This document shows positions 14,739 through 25,194 of a stretch of DNA of 64,000 bases, in pieces. Below the pieces are notes generated by a model. The model saw nothing but the letters and a program-made list of their open reading frames with translations. It was not told the DNA's origin and ran no database searches. This DNA is from Macrostomum lignano (taxonomy: Eukaryota). The stretch is from assembly GCA_002269645.1 (NCBI GenBank), contig NIVC01002151.1:136085-200084 (forward strand), read 5' to 3'. How positions within the stretch are numbered: position 1 is the first letter of the stretch; the number at the start of each line of letters is the position of its first letter. The position numbers and the translations under genes are program-made.

Positions 14739-14839
14739 GGAAGGTCCATAAGGAAGACAAACCATTGAGACCCATTGTGTCTATGCTGAACACGGCTGAA
14801 TATGAGCTGGCTAAATTTCTAGACTCATTTATCAAGCCA
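14739..14839 (+). mobile_element. 101-bp Penelope-like reverse transcriptase fragment
   Basis: Translates KVHKEDKPLRPIVSMLNTAEYELAKFLDSFIKP; flanked by 13-bp direct repeat TAAATGAATTTAA (14726-14738, 14840-14852). Confidence 0.75.
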
Positions 14840-14896
14840 TAAATGAATTTAAATACCTGGGAATTATTTTTGAACCAAAAAACAGCTTTAAAAAAT

Positions 14897-15870
14897 GGGC
14901 CGTATGAATAAAACGTGAGAAAATCTTTAAAGATTATCTTTCGAGCCAAGAATTTCTTTAAAGAAATTCTTTTCCGGCAAGAAAATCTGTTGGAGAAAAT
15001 CTTACGAGTCAAGATATTCTAGAAAAGACATGAATAAAAGTTTCTCGGCTCGTGAGATTTTCTCGGCGACTGCCACTTGGCTGAAAGTTGTCTAGGGCCC
15101 AAACCAAGATGTCGGTGACGTGGAATCGACGGCCGTCTCCTCAGGCTTGGGCGCAGCCCATGCTGTGTCTATGGCTAAAACCACGTGAACACCGAAAATC
15201 CGTCCAGAAAAATCCTACTAGAAAGTGGCAAAATCCATGTGGAGTTTACCTGAACATCAGGTGACAGGAAAGTCACTTTGCTTTGAAATTTTACCCTGAG
15301 ATTGAGCGTCCTGGCATCGAATGGTTGCCAATTTTTTACATGTATATCGTGATTACACCGGATTGAAAGCCAGGGTTGCTCAGGTACCGCAGCGTGATCT
15401 CCATCTTCTGTTTCGGTGTCAGCGCACCGCCCCTTGTCTCGGAAGTATGTCCTAGGAAGCGCGTTGTCAGAAAGGTCACGTGATCCTCAGTGAATCGATG
15501 AAGCTGTCTATATGTCTCCACTGGAGTGGCCTGTCGGGGCAGGTACTCCTTGGTCTTTCTGATCTGAAGGAACATCTCGTGTCTCGTGTATGGGCGCTGA
15601 AGATTCGCTTGAGCCAGAGAAAGAGTTGCTCGCATAAAACTCAAGTGTCGGCTCTCTCGGCGAGAAAATCACGTCTTTTATTCATCAGAAAGCAAGAAAA
15701 TCTTTTCCTCGTGAGATTTTCTTGCCGAGCAAATCTTTTCTTGTGAAAGCTCGAGATTTTCTTGGCGAGAAAATCTTGCAAGAAACTCGCAGTTTTTTAT
15801 TCTTATAAACGCAAGAAATTCTTGGATTTCTTGCAAGAAAAAAATTTCTTTTTTTTTATTCATACGGCCC
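14897..15870 (-). mobile_element. PIF/Harbinger deletion derivative
   Basis: TIR GGGCCGTATGAATAAAA, 3-bp TSD AAT; minus-strand ORF 15336-15644 with HARBI1-like N-terminal motif (HRFTEDHVTFL..RGGALTPKQKMEITLRYLSNPGFQ). Confidence 0.85.
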
Positions 15871-18800
15871 AATGTATTGAACACCAAACTAAGCAGGGAT
15901 ATACAGCCATGTTTTCCCTACTCCATAGGGTAAAGAATACGTCCCTAGACATCACACTCATTCGCAGACTATTTGACGCGCTTGTTACCCCCGTTATCAC
16001 TTACGGTTGTGAGCTCTGGGGCCCTCTGGCTACCATGTCTGATACAAAAGCTATTGATAATATTCAGCTGAAATTCTACAAATATCTCCTCAATCTACCA
16101 AAATTTGCTAGCAACAGTGTGATATCATCAGAACTTGAGCTTACTCCAATCTCTCAACGAATCGCTAAAACCTACCTCATCTACTGGCTGAAGATTAGAC
16201 ACAAAAAACTCTGCCAAACGACTCCAGAAATTTTCTACTCAAACACCAGCCAAAAAAATCCATGGAAAACAAATGTACTAAAGAAACTGGAAAGTATAGA
16301 CTTAAAAGCACTAACTGAAGATAAACTTTCCCAAAGCTTTAATAACGAGAAATACCTAGTGAAAAAGCACCTCAAGATACACAGAGAAAGAGAACTTAGC
16401 CAAAAGCTAGAGAATCAGCAACATATTAAACTCTACAAAAACGCCTATCTCTACAAAAAAATCTGCAGGCCCGACCTTTCAGATTACTTTCCATGCACTT
16501 TTAGAAACAAAAAATTCCTAACAACCCTCCTAAAACTGAAATGCGAAATTACACCCAACATTTTCTCTCATGAAACATGTAGACTGTGTTGAGCGAGAAA
16601 TGGTTCCGATATCCTACATTACTTGACCGAATGTCCACAAACTGAAAAGATCAGAAAAAAATACTTCTGTCAGTACCTCTTAAATGACAAGCAAGTACAC
16701 AAGTTAGGATATGCTACAAATGAAAAAAGAGTCAGAAAAGAGCTCACTGGTGTAGCTAAAATATATGAAGTCATGAATAGCTAAAACAGTTATGCAAACT
16801 GAAACAGACATATCAGCAGTGTAATAAATCCGCTTTTCTTTTGTTTATTCATTTACTGTCTTTTTAATTTCCTATTTAATTAGCATTTAATTAGTATTTA
16901 ATTAGTTTCCTATCTAATACCTATTTAAATCGTCGCTATTCGTTTTAACGTTAAAGTTCTTTCGAAGTTCGTTTTTGTTCATTTTTCGTTCGTTTTTCAC
17001 GCTTTGAAATATTGCGCGCTTGCAAAATACTACATCTTTTTACAAAAAACGCTCTTTCAAATACCTTACAAATACCTTACAAATATCGTAACTCGCATCG
17101 TAACTCGTGTAAAAAATTTAACCTTTTGAACAAATTTAACCTTTTGAACTTAATCGTAATTAAACAACTAATGCTAAAATAACTTAAATACACAGAAATA
17201 TACTGGCCAAACAGGCTTCTTGCCTGAGCCAACTTACTACTACTACTACTACTATCTGACATCATCGACGTATAATTTGGTATATCATAAATGATCGAAC
17301 TCGTATACGGGTTATGTATAAATGGCTGCTGATTGTGTTCAATCAATTTGGGGGGGGCGCAAACTTCTTAATCTAGGCCCTATCAATATCATGGATTGCC
17401 ATGTTACATTATCTTATCCGATGCCCATCGAATATAGCCTGGCTATTCCAATTTAATAGATTTTTTAATTTTAGCTAAGCCTAGGCGTAGGGGCCACAGC
17501 TAGGGCCAGGCCGGTAGGTCTATATCTGTAAATTTTCTATAGTAAAGCCAGATGGCTATATTTGAACACCTTAAGCATCCATAAAAAAGAAAAAGGGCTA
17601 GCTTTGCATGTTTGGCAATGGCCTACTTAACTTATTCTTTTTATAGCCCAACTAGTAATTAGTAGGCCTAGCCTATAGTTTGTTTGATAGCAAGGCATCA
17701 TCTAATTATGAATATATTGCTTTTTCTAGGCCTTATATAGCCATAGGCTATGTCCTATGACTTGTCAATGTCAATAGTTCTAACATTGCTACTGCTAGTA
17801 GTTATGGTATTGTATAGCACCTCCAGTTAGAATTAGGGAGGGAGATGTAACCAGTCATTTTGCCTTTAAACTGTTTTGGCCATGAACATTTTGCCCCCAG
17901 ACCATTTTGCCCCCAGACTGTTTTGCCTATAGACCATTTTGGCCATGGACTATTTCGCCTTTGAGTCAATTATACTAGTTTGGCTAAGGTGGCAATAAAT
18001 GCCCCAAATTTGCAAAAAATCGACAGATCCTATTCTTTTTGTATTTCTGGTATTACCAAACCCTTTCTTTTTTTCTTTTCCTCTGATTAAAATGGCTTAT
18101 GCCTTATATGCTTTTGAAAAGAAAGACTTTCTTAGAAAAAAAAAACTTGTAATAATTTATAACCACAATAGACACAAAGACACAATTTAATAATTAATTT
18201 GTATTGTAGGCCTACCAGCAATTCATATTTTATTACATATTAAAACAAAAAATTAGCATTGAAAAAGACAAAATTAAAGACATATATATATATCCAACAT
18301 CTCTAAATTATATAGTTACCATTATAGCCAAAATGCCTATAGCAAAACTATTTTATAGACAAAACAAACTATGGGCAAAATGTCTATAGCTGAAATGGTT
18401 TAGGGGCAAAATAACTGGAATTCAGATGGTTAGAAAGTTAGGCCTAGATTTGTCTTTTGGACTATAGGCCCTACTATTTTTTTACCCTAGTTAGATTGCC
18501 TATAGACTATTCATCTACTAGTGCTAGGCCTATATAGTAGATAATGATGAATAAATAAATAATACCATTCCTTGCAATGATAATTACTAGCAATACCAGG
18601 GTCTAATTATTAGGCTTAAGTTGCTTAACTTATTATTTTCTTATTAATAGATGGTCTTTTGTAAGTTTTGTTCTAAGACAATATCATTTAACACTTTATA
18701 CCATATTACCATAAATACTCCTAATCTTGTATATATGTTACTATGTTATATAGTCATTAAAATGTATAAAAAACAAAACTTTCATTTATTAGATAAAGCA

Positions 18801-19964
18801 GAAAATTCTCTAGGTTTTTTAAGTCTTTTATGAAATGAAGAAGTACTTAAAGTATATAATGATATTGTAGCACTGTAGCTAAAACTTGAACTTGGGTTGT
18901 TTTTCATCAATCAATGGTCTTTTTATACTTTTGCACATATAACATGGCTTCTAGAAACTATAGTCTTATTTTCACAAACTGTAAGAACTTTCTATTTTAT
19001 CTAATACCATTTTAATAGTTTAAAAGCTTTTAAATAAGCTAAAAATAGTTCCTTAAGTGGACAAAATAAAAAACATTGAGAAAAGAGTTTAACAAACAAG
19101 TCAAGACAAATGCCAATATATTATAGCTCATGTTATAGTATAGGCTTTTTTAGATGATAAAAAAAGAAAAAGAAAAAATATTTATTGAAATATTTATAAG
19201 CTATTATTACCTTCTATAAAAGTATAAAAAGTATTTCATTCATTTTATTTTTTAAAGAAATTTTGTCTGTTTAAATTTTCAAATTTTCAATGGCAATTCC
19301 AATTGCCATTGGATTATTAGGAAAAAAATTATATTGGAAGTTATTAGAGTCTAATAGCAATGACTTGATTTAGCCACAGGGGGCTTTGTATATCCAGATA
19401 TAGCAAGGTATTGCTAGCTATTTTGCAATATAATATTATTAAAAAATATTGGTTTTTAGTATTCTAATATCTAAAAGATATCACTGATAGTATCAAAGTA
19501 TTGGATTTGTGCCCAACCAACACTATATAATATATTTAATTCTGCAAGTTTCCTTGTACTTGCAAAAAATTTCTAAGTTTAATATGATTTATGATTAATA
19601 TTTCTAAGTTTATTATGATTTTTAAACTTCCATTTGAACTATTTATCTACTAGTGGATAAATATTCTACTACCCATTAGATGGTCACCCCCTTGCAAATT
19701 TTAGAATTAGACCAATATATTCATACACATACATGCGCAACTGCTGGCTGACCTGGCCGATCCGGCCACCGTAAATCGTGGCTGACCAGGGGTAAGTCGC
19801 AAAATTGAGTCAACCAAAAACAGAAAAACACAAGAACCAAGAAAGGCAAGAGGAAAGCGAAATAAAGAGCAGTTCAGGGAAAATGGTGAAGCAAAAGAAA
19901 AACAATTCGCAAAAGAAGCAAACTAAGTTGTAAAAATAATCAGGTACTGGTAAGTCGCAACAGG

Positions 19965-20570
19965 AATCAGGTAAGTCGCAAAAGAAGCAAACTATGTCGC
20001 AAAAAGGATCAGGTAAGTCGCAAAAGGGTTAGGTAAGTCGCAAAAGGATTAGGTAAGTCGCAAAAGGGTTAGGTAAGTCGCAAAAGGATTAGGTAAGTCG
20101 CAAAAGGATTAGGTAAGTCGCAAAAAGGATCAGGTAAGTCGCAAAAAGAATCAGGTAAGTCGCAAAAGGATCAGCAAAGTCGCAAAAGGATTAGGTAACT
20201 CGCAAAAAGGATTAGGTAAGTCGCAAAAAGGATTAAGTAAGTCGCAAAAAGGATTAGGTAAGTCGCAAAAGGGTTAGGTAAGTCGCAAAAGGATTAGGTA
20301 AGTCGCAAAAGGATTAGGTAAGTCGCAAAAAGGATTAGGTAAGTCGCAAAAGGGTTAGGTAAGTCGCAAAAAGGATTAGGTAAGTCGCAAAAGGGTTAGG
20401 TAAGTCGCAAAAGGATTAGGTAAGTCGCAAAAGGGTTAGGTAAGTCGCAAAAAGGATTAGGTAAGTCGCAAAAGGGTTAGGTAAGTCGCAAAAGGATTAG
20501 GTAAGTCGCAAAAGGATTAGGTAAGTCGCAAAAAGGATTAGGTAAGTCGCAAAAAGAAGCAACTAAGTCG
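19965..20570. repeat. ~20-bp tandem array (AGGTAAGTCGCAAAAGGATT)n, an expansion of the element's subterminal motif
   Basis: TAAGTCGCA also occurs at 19794, 21963 and 21987, and as TGCGACTTA in copy C. Confidence 0.9.
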
Positions 20571-20824
20571 CAATAAGAGGGAAGTAAGTCACAATCAGAG
20601 GCAATCAGGGGGTAGTAGGTGCAAGTGTGGCAGGAGAGCAAAAACAGAATAGAAGCCTTCAACAACAGACAAGATCTTTGAAATCAGAAGCCCGCGTCAA
20701 CAGTTTCCCATTGATTTCTTAAACTCTGGAGCAGGGGTCGGCAAACTCCGGCTCGCGAAGCCCCTCTATCTGGCCCTCGCCCCTCGGGTTCTTTGAAACT
20801 TCCTAACTACGAGTAGCAAGGTTG

Positions 20825-21445
20825 GTGTCTCTTCAACTCTCATCTCTCTCTTCTTCTCTACCTTGCCTCCCCTCTTCTCTCTCCCCCCCTTTTCCCTCTT
20901 CTCTCTCCTCTCATTTTTACTCTCCTCTCTTCTCCCCCTTTCTCTCTACCCTTTCTCCTCAATGCCCTCTTCTCTCCTCTTATCTTCAGCAAAAATATGT
21001 GCATATTTTCTTTCTTCAAAGTAGAGGGAATAGAAGATTAGAGATAAGCAAACAGAGGAGAGGCGAGCGATGCGATGGGAGAAAAGATAGAAAAGGAGAG
21101 AAAAGCTGAGGGAGGAAAAAGAGATGAGAGAGAAGAGGAGATGAGAGGAAAGAGGAAAGAAAAGATGATGGATGAGATCAGAAGAGAGGAAAGAGGAAAG
21201 AGGAGAGAGTAGATGAGAGAAGAGAGGATAAAGAGGAGATGAGAGGAGAGTGAAGAGAGGAGAGATGAGAGAGTAGAAAAGAGAGGAGAGATAAGATGAG
21301 AGAGTAGAGTGGAATGGAGAGAGACGAGAGGAGAGATAAGAATGTAGAGAGGAGACAGAAGAGATAGGAGAGGAGAGGAAAGAGAGAAGGGATAAGGGAT
21401 GAGAGAGAAAAGAAAAAGAGGATGAGAAGATTGAGGAATGGAGAG
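20825..21445. repeat. CT-rich followed by GA-rich low-complexity tracts
   Basis: Direct reading. Confidence 0.9.
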
Positions 21446-21871
21446 AATTTGCAAAGGCCTCAAATCTTAGTTTAACATGCATTACTCCCATCTTTGCCTT
21501 TTTCCTAACTGTTAACAAGTTTTTGTTTGAGCATGACTTCAAATTTAGAATCTATGCAAAAATAGTTCCGGGAATTAGAATTCAGTGGTTTAAAAATCTG
21601 TGGGTTTTCACAGCTTGTATCTCTACTGGATTCGTATTCTGCATCTGATGAGCCATCTGAATCAGGGCTCTCATCTTCCATGCCAAATCGTCTAGCAAAT
21701 CGTTCTTGAGCTATAGGTCACACTGTATTCACTTCACTTACTTCTGGACATTCATGAATCATGACTTTTGTAGTATGCTCACTACACTGTACTGACAATT
21801 TACTAATTGCTTCATGCCGCCACTAGATGACACTGATTAGCTGTTATAAAAACGCGGAATCTGCACGCAGC

Positions 21872-21935
21872 ACTAATTAGCTGGCGAGGCATTTAGCTTT
21901 AAAAATATGGTCATAGTTACTCCTGCCGTTTACCT
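21872..21935 (-). other. 28S rRNA helix 69-71-like fragment inside element A
   Basis: Minus strand AGGTAAACGGCAGGAGTAACTATGACCATATTTTTAAAGCTAAATGCCTCGCCAGCTAATTAGT; 51/64 ungapped to the remembered eukaryotic 28S sequence. Confidence 0.8.
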
Positions 21936-22031
21936 AAAGTTTTTGCTTGGCTCTTTCATAGGTAAGTCGCATTTTTTATCGAAAACTAAGTCGCACGGCC
22001 AGCGTAATTTCAGAAGTTGCGCATGTATGTT

Positions 22032-22272
22032 CATACATGCGCAACCCCCCTGATTTACACTGGCTATGCAACTTACCTGTAAAAGAAACCCTAACGCAAT
22101 TTTGGGTAAACGGCAGGAGTAACTATAACTGTCTTATAAGGGCTAAATTCCTCGTCATCTAATTAGTACTACGCCTGTATTTTTAGGCTGGGCATTTTTG
22201 TGACTTACCCCTGGTCCACCACAATTTACAGTGGCCAGATCGGCCAGGTCGGCCAGCAGTTGCGCATGTATG
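22032..22272 (+). mobile_element. hAT-type MITE, short copy B of the CATACATGCGCAAC family
   Basis: Both TIRs present; flanks AATATATT (19714-19721) and AATTTGTT (22273-22280) are a degenerate TSD if copy A is removed. Confidence 0.8.
22104..22167 (+). other. 28S rRNA helix 69-71-like fragment inside element B
   Basis: GGGTAAACGGCAGGAGTAACTATAACTGTCTTATAAGGGCTAAATTCCTCGTCATCTAATTAGT; 54/64 ungapped to the remembered eukaryotic 28S sequence. Confidence 0.85.
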
Positions 22273-22791
22273 AATTTGTTAGGCTAAAAAAATCTATAAA
22301 AATGTGCATAATAAAAAACTATGGTCACCTAGGGAGGGATAGGAGAATAATCACCCTCTAGGGGGGATGGGAAAAAAGTCACATAGGAGCTACAGCCTCC
22401 TTTGCCCCATCTCATCTGTACCACCAAAATATTTATTGCAATAAAAATTTAATTTTTTAATATGTATATTATCATTTCTTAATTTTAAATCAATAAATTT
22501 AACATCATTTCATGCCCATTAGGGCCCATCCTCAAGGCACAGGAAATGTGCTGGTATGTTCTCAGCAGTCAGATGAACAGGTTAAACTGCCTCACCACTC
22601 GTTGCTTGACAATTTTAGATTGCCTGCAATCCATTAAAAACCTTCTATTTAGGACTTTATAGTTTAAAAGTACTGCAACCAATAAACTAATTAGAATCCG
22701 ACTTATTTGCCGAAATAATTAAGTGCATAGTTACTACCGCCTATATACCCTAATAAAATATATATTTAAAATTCAGGCTCAAACCAAGACA

Positions 22792-25099
22792 ATGCCGAAC
22801 AAGAACAAGTCGGCAGTGAATGCATCTAATAGTGGGCCGCCTCGGCCCGACAGCAATGACAATAAGAAACAGAAAACTAATAAAAAGCCAAAGAAAGATG
22901 ATGCCAGCTCCATAGTTGGCCTGAAGCAGCGCCTGAGCAGCATCCGCAACAAGCAGCGCAGGCAGGCCGCCTACCAGCAGGTCCGACAGGCCGAGCGTAA
23001 GGCCAAGGAGGCCGCCGTGAAGCTTCGCCGACGAAACGGTGCCGACAACGGCGCTGCCGGCCCAGCCAAGGAGCCACACACGCTGGAATCGCTGCGCCTG
23101 CCGGATGCCACCATGACTGGCCCGGCTGGGGACGCTGAGGTCGATGCTGAGGAGGCAGCCGACGAGTTTGCCGACATTCTTGACGCTGCTGGCGCTGGAG
23201 GCGAAGGTTGGCTACCGGATAATTGCGGCTTATTCTTTCGCCATTTTTACCTAGGGGTGCCATTTTTACATAGGGGTGCCATTTTACCTAGGGATGCCAT
23301 TTTTACCTAGAAGTGCTATTTTTACTGGGGGTGCCATTAAGGGTTGCCATATTTACCCAGAGGTGCCATTTTACTCAGGGAGGGGTACCATTTTGTCACA
23401 TTGGTACTGCCTTACGCATGGGTTTCCATATTTTTACCTAAGAAGCCATTTTTCTGCAATCGGTCAAACCCGAAAAAATGTCGATTTCCCCACCCCCAGG
23501 CCAAGCTCGCCTGCCCCGCCTGCTGGTCACTCACGCCGACGAGGTCGGCCGACGCACAGCCGCCTTCTGCCGTTGCCTGGCGCGCACCGTCCCCAACGCC
23601 GTGTTCTGCCGGCGTCGCCGACTGCCTCTCGGTCGGGTGCTCGCCGCCGCCAAGGCCAAGGAGTTCACCGCTGTGATGGTGCGCGATAATTTATCTACAC
23701 GTTTTTGAAATTTAGCAGCCTGTCTTTATTAAGCTACTGTTAGTAGAGCGAATTGCATTTTTATCTTGTATTTGTAATAACACAGAGCTTGCATATTTAT
23801 GCCTTTAGTGTTCAAAGTTACCATGGACTCATTTCGATAATTGATGCTTTATTTAAATCAATAATTTTTTATCTTTAATGGGTTGTAGCCTAGTGATTGG
23901 AGCGTCGGATACACGACTGAAAGGTCGGGTGTTCGATTCTCAACCCACTCGAAACAGATTGTGTCCTTGAGCAAGACAGTTAACTCTGCATTGCTTCAGT
24001 TCACCCAGCTGTAAAATGGGTGCCAGCATTAGCTGGGGTAAATTGAGGGTGTGTGTGGCGACCCTCTCAGTCCTTGGACTGAACAGCCGTACGCAGCCTT
24101 CAGATGCGCCGCGCAATAGCTGCGGCTGAGCTGTCGGTTGCACATCTGGCCATTAGGGCAGGTGTAATCAATTATTAATATTCTTTAAATGCACTTCTTG
24201 AATTCGGAATCAATTGCAGCTCGAAAGATCTTACGCTTAATTCAGTGTTGAAAGTTAATTAATTTCGATACATATCGGCAGTCGATCTTTTTAACGCCTT
24301 CTTAAAGACAGACAAATCAGAAAAATCTCCAGTGTTTAAATGTACTTTTCGATACATATCGTTAAATCAATTTTCAATCTAATCTTGATTTAATATTTCG
24401 CAGATTTAATAAAAATCCCCATTCTGAAAAAAGTTCTTTTCGATACATGTCGGTAATCGATCCTACCTAGGTTAGCAATGCCTCAGATCAGAAAAAAATC
24501 CCTGATTCTATTTGATGTACTCCCAAAGTCTTAATCGTAGGTCGGAAATCATCCTGTTTTTAACTTTAATTTCGATACATATCGGTAACTTTGGTCTAAC
24601 GCAGATAATTGGCGAGCACGACAAGAAGCCGTGCACCGCCCTGCTAACCCACCTACCGGCTGGGCCCACCTTCGCCTTCCGCCTGTCGAGCGTCCGGCTG
24701 CCCCGCGAGCTGCCCCGCCCGCCCGAGGACGACAAGCCGGAGACTGTGGCGCCGCAGGTGCTCTGCAATCGATTCCACACCCGTCTGGGCCGTCGGGTCG
24801 CCCGCGGCCTGGCCGCCATCTTCCCAGGCGCCAGCGGTGTGGCGCCGGCACGCCCGTGTGGTGACTTTTCACAATCAGCGCGACTACGTGTTCTTCCGGC
24901 ACCATCGCTACATCCTGCGCCAGCCTGGGTCCGGCGCCAAACCAGGCGCGAAGCCGCGCTGCGCTCTGCAAGAGGTCGGGCCCAGGTTCACCCTGAAGCT
25001 GCGCTCGCTGCAAACCGGACCGCTTGCGCCGGCGGCGGCTACGAGTGGCTGCACAAACGGCACGAGATGGACCAGAGTAGGAGGCGCTTCTTTCTCTGA
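22792..25099 (+). CDS. RPF1: Ribosome production factor 1 (Brix domain); exons 22792-23206, 23500-23678, 24605-25099; two compensating frameshifts in exon 3
   Basis: [103 protein letters not shown]; GT-AG junctions keep the frame. Confidence 0.9.
23238..23380. repeat. Degenerate ~20-bp repeat (CCATTTTTACCTAGGGGTG) in RPF1 intron 1
   Basis: Direct reading. Confidence 0.8.
23880..24165 (+). mobile_element. tRNA-derived SINE with CORE-like domain, in RPF1 intron 2
   Basis: A-box TAGCCTAGTGATTGG, B-box GTTCGATTC, then GTCCTTGAGCAAGACAGTTAAC...CAGCTGTAAAATGGG resembling the MIR/CORE domain; second copy at 31295-31502. Confidence 0.8.
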
Positions 25100-25194
25100 T
25101 TTTGGCGCCACCTGGCGTGTCTCACACCGGTTTCTGCTGGCTAACTGACTGCCTGCCATTGTGCTTCCTCACGCGATCTCGTCTCGATACCGCC

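Larger units (their letters stand above)
14160..16790 (+). mobile_element. 5'-truncated non-LTR retrotransposon (RT and C-terminal region; L2/RTE-X-like), interrupted by two insertions
   Basis: FVDYEKAFDS, KGVLQGNPLS, LFADD, VNEFKYLGIIF, LFDALVTPVITYGCELWG, CRLC..HYLTECP; the frame rejoins after removing 14897-15870 plus one TSD. Confidence 0.9.
19728..22029 (-). mobile_element. hAT-type non-autonomous element, long copy A of the CATACATGCGCAAC family
   Basis: TIRs CATACATGCGCAAC / GTTGCGCATGTATG; 8-bp TSD TTCATACA at 19720-19727 and 22030-22037; ends homologous to copies at 22032 and 61698. Confidence 0.85.

Noticed and set aside
15762-15870. N-terminus of the 276-aa ORF
   Set aside because: Derived from the Harbinger right end; the real LINE frame joins from 14896
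22104-22167. Functional rRNA gene or rDNA unit
   Set aside because: Only ~64 nt of 28S-like sequence, embedded between TIRs; no flanking rRNA
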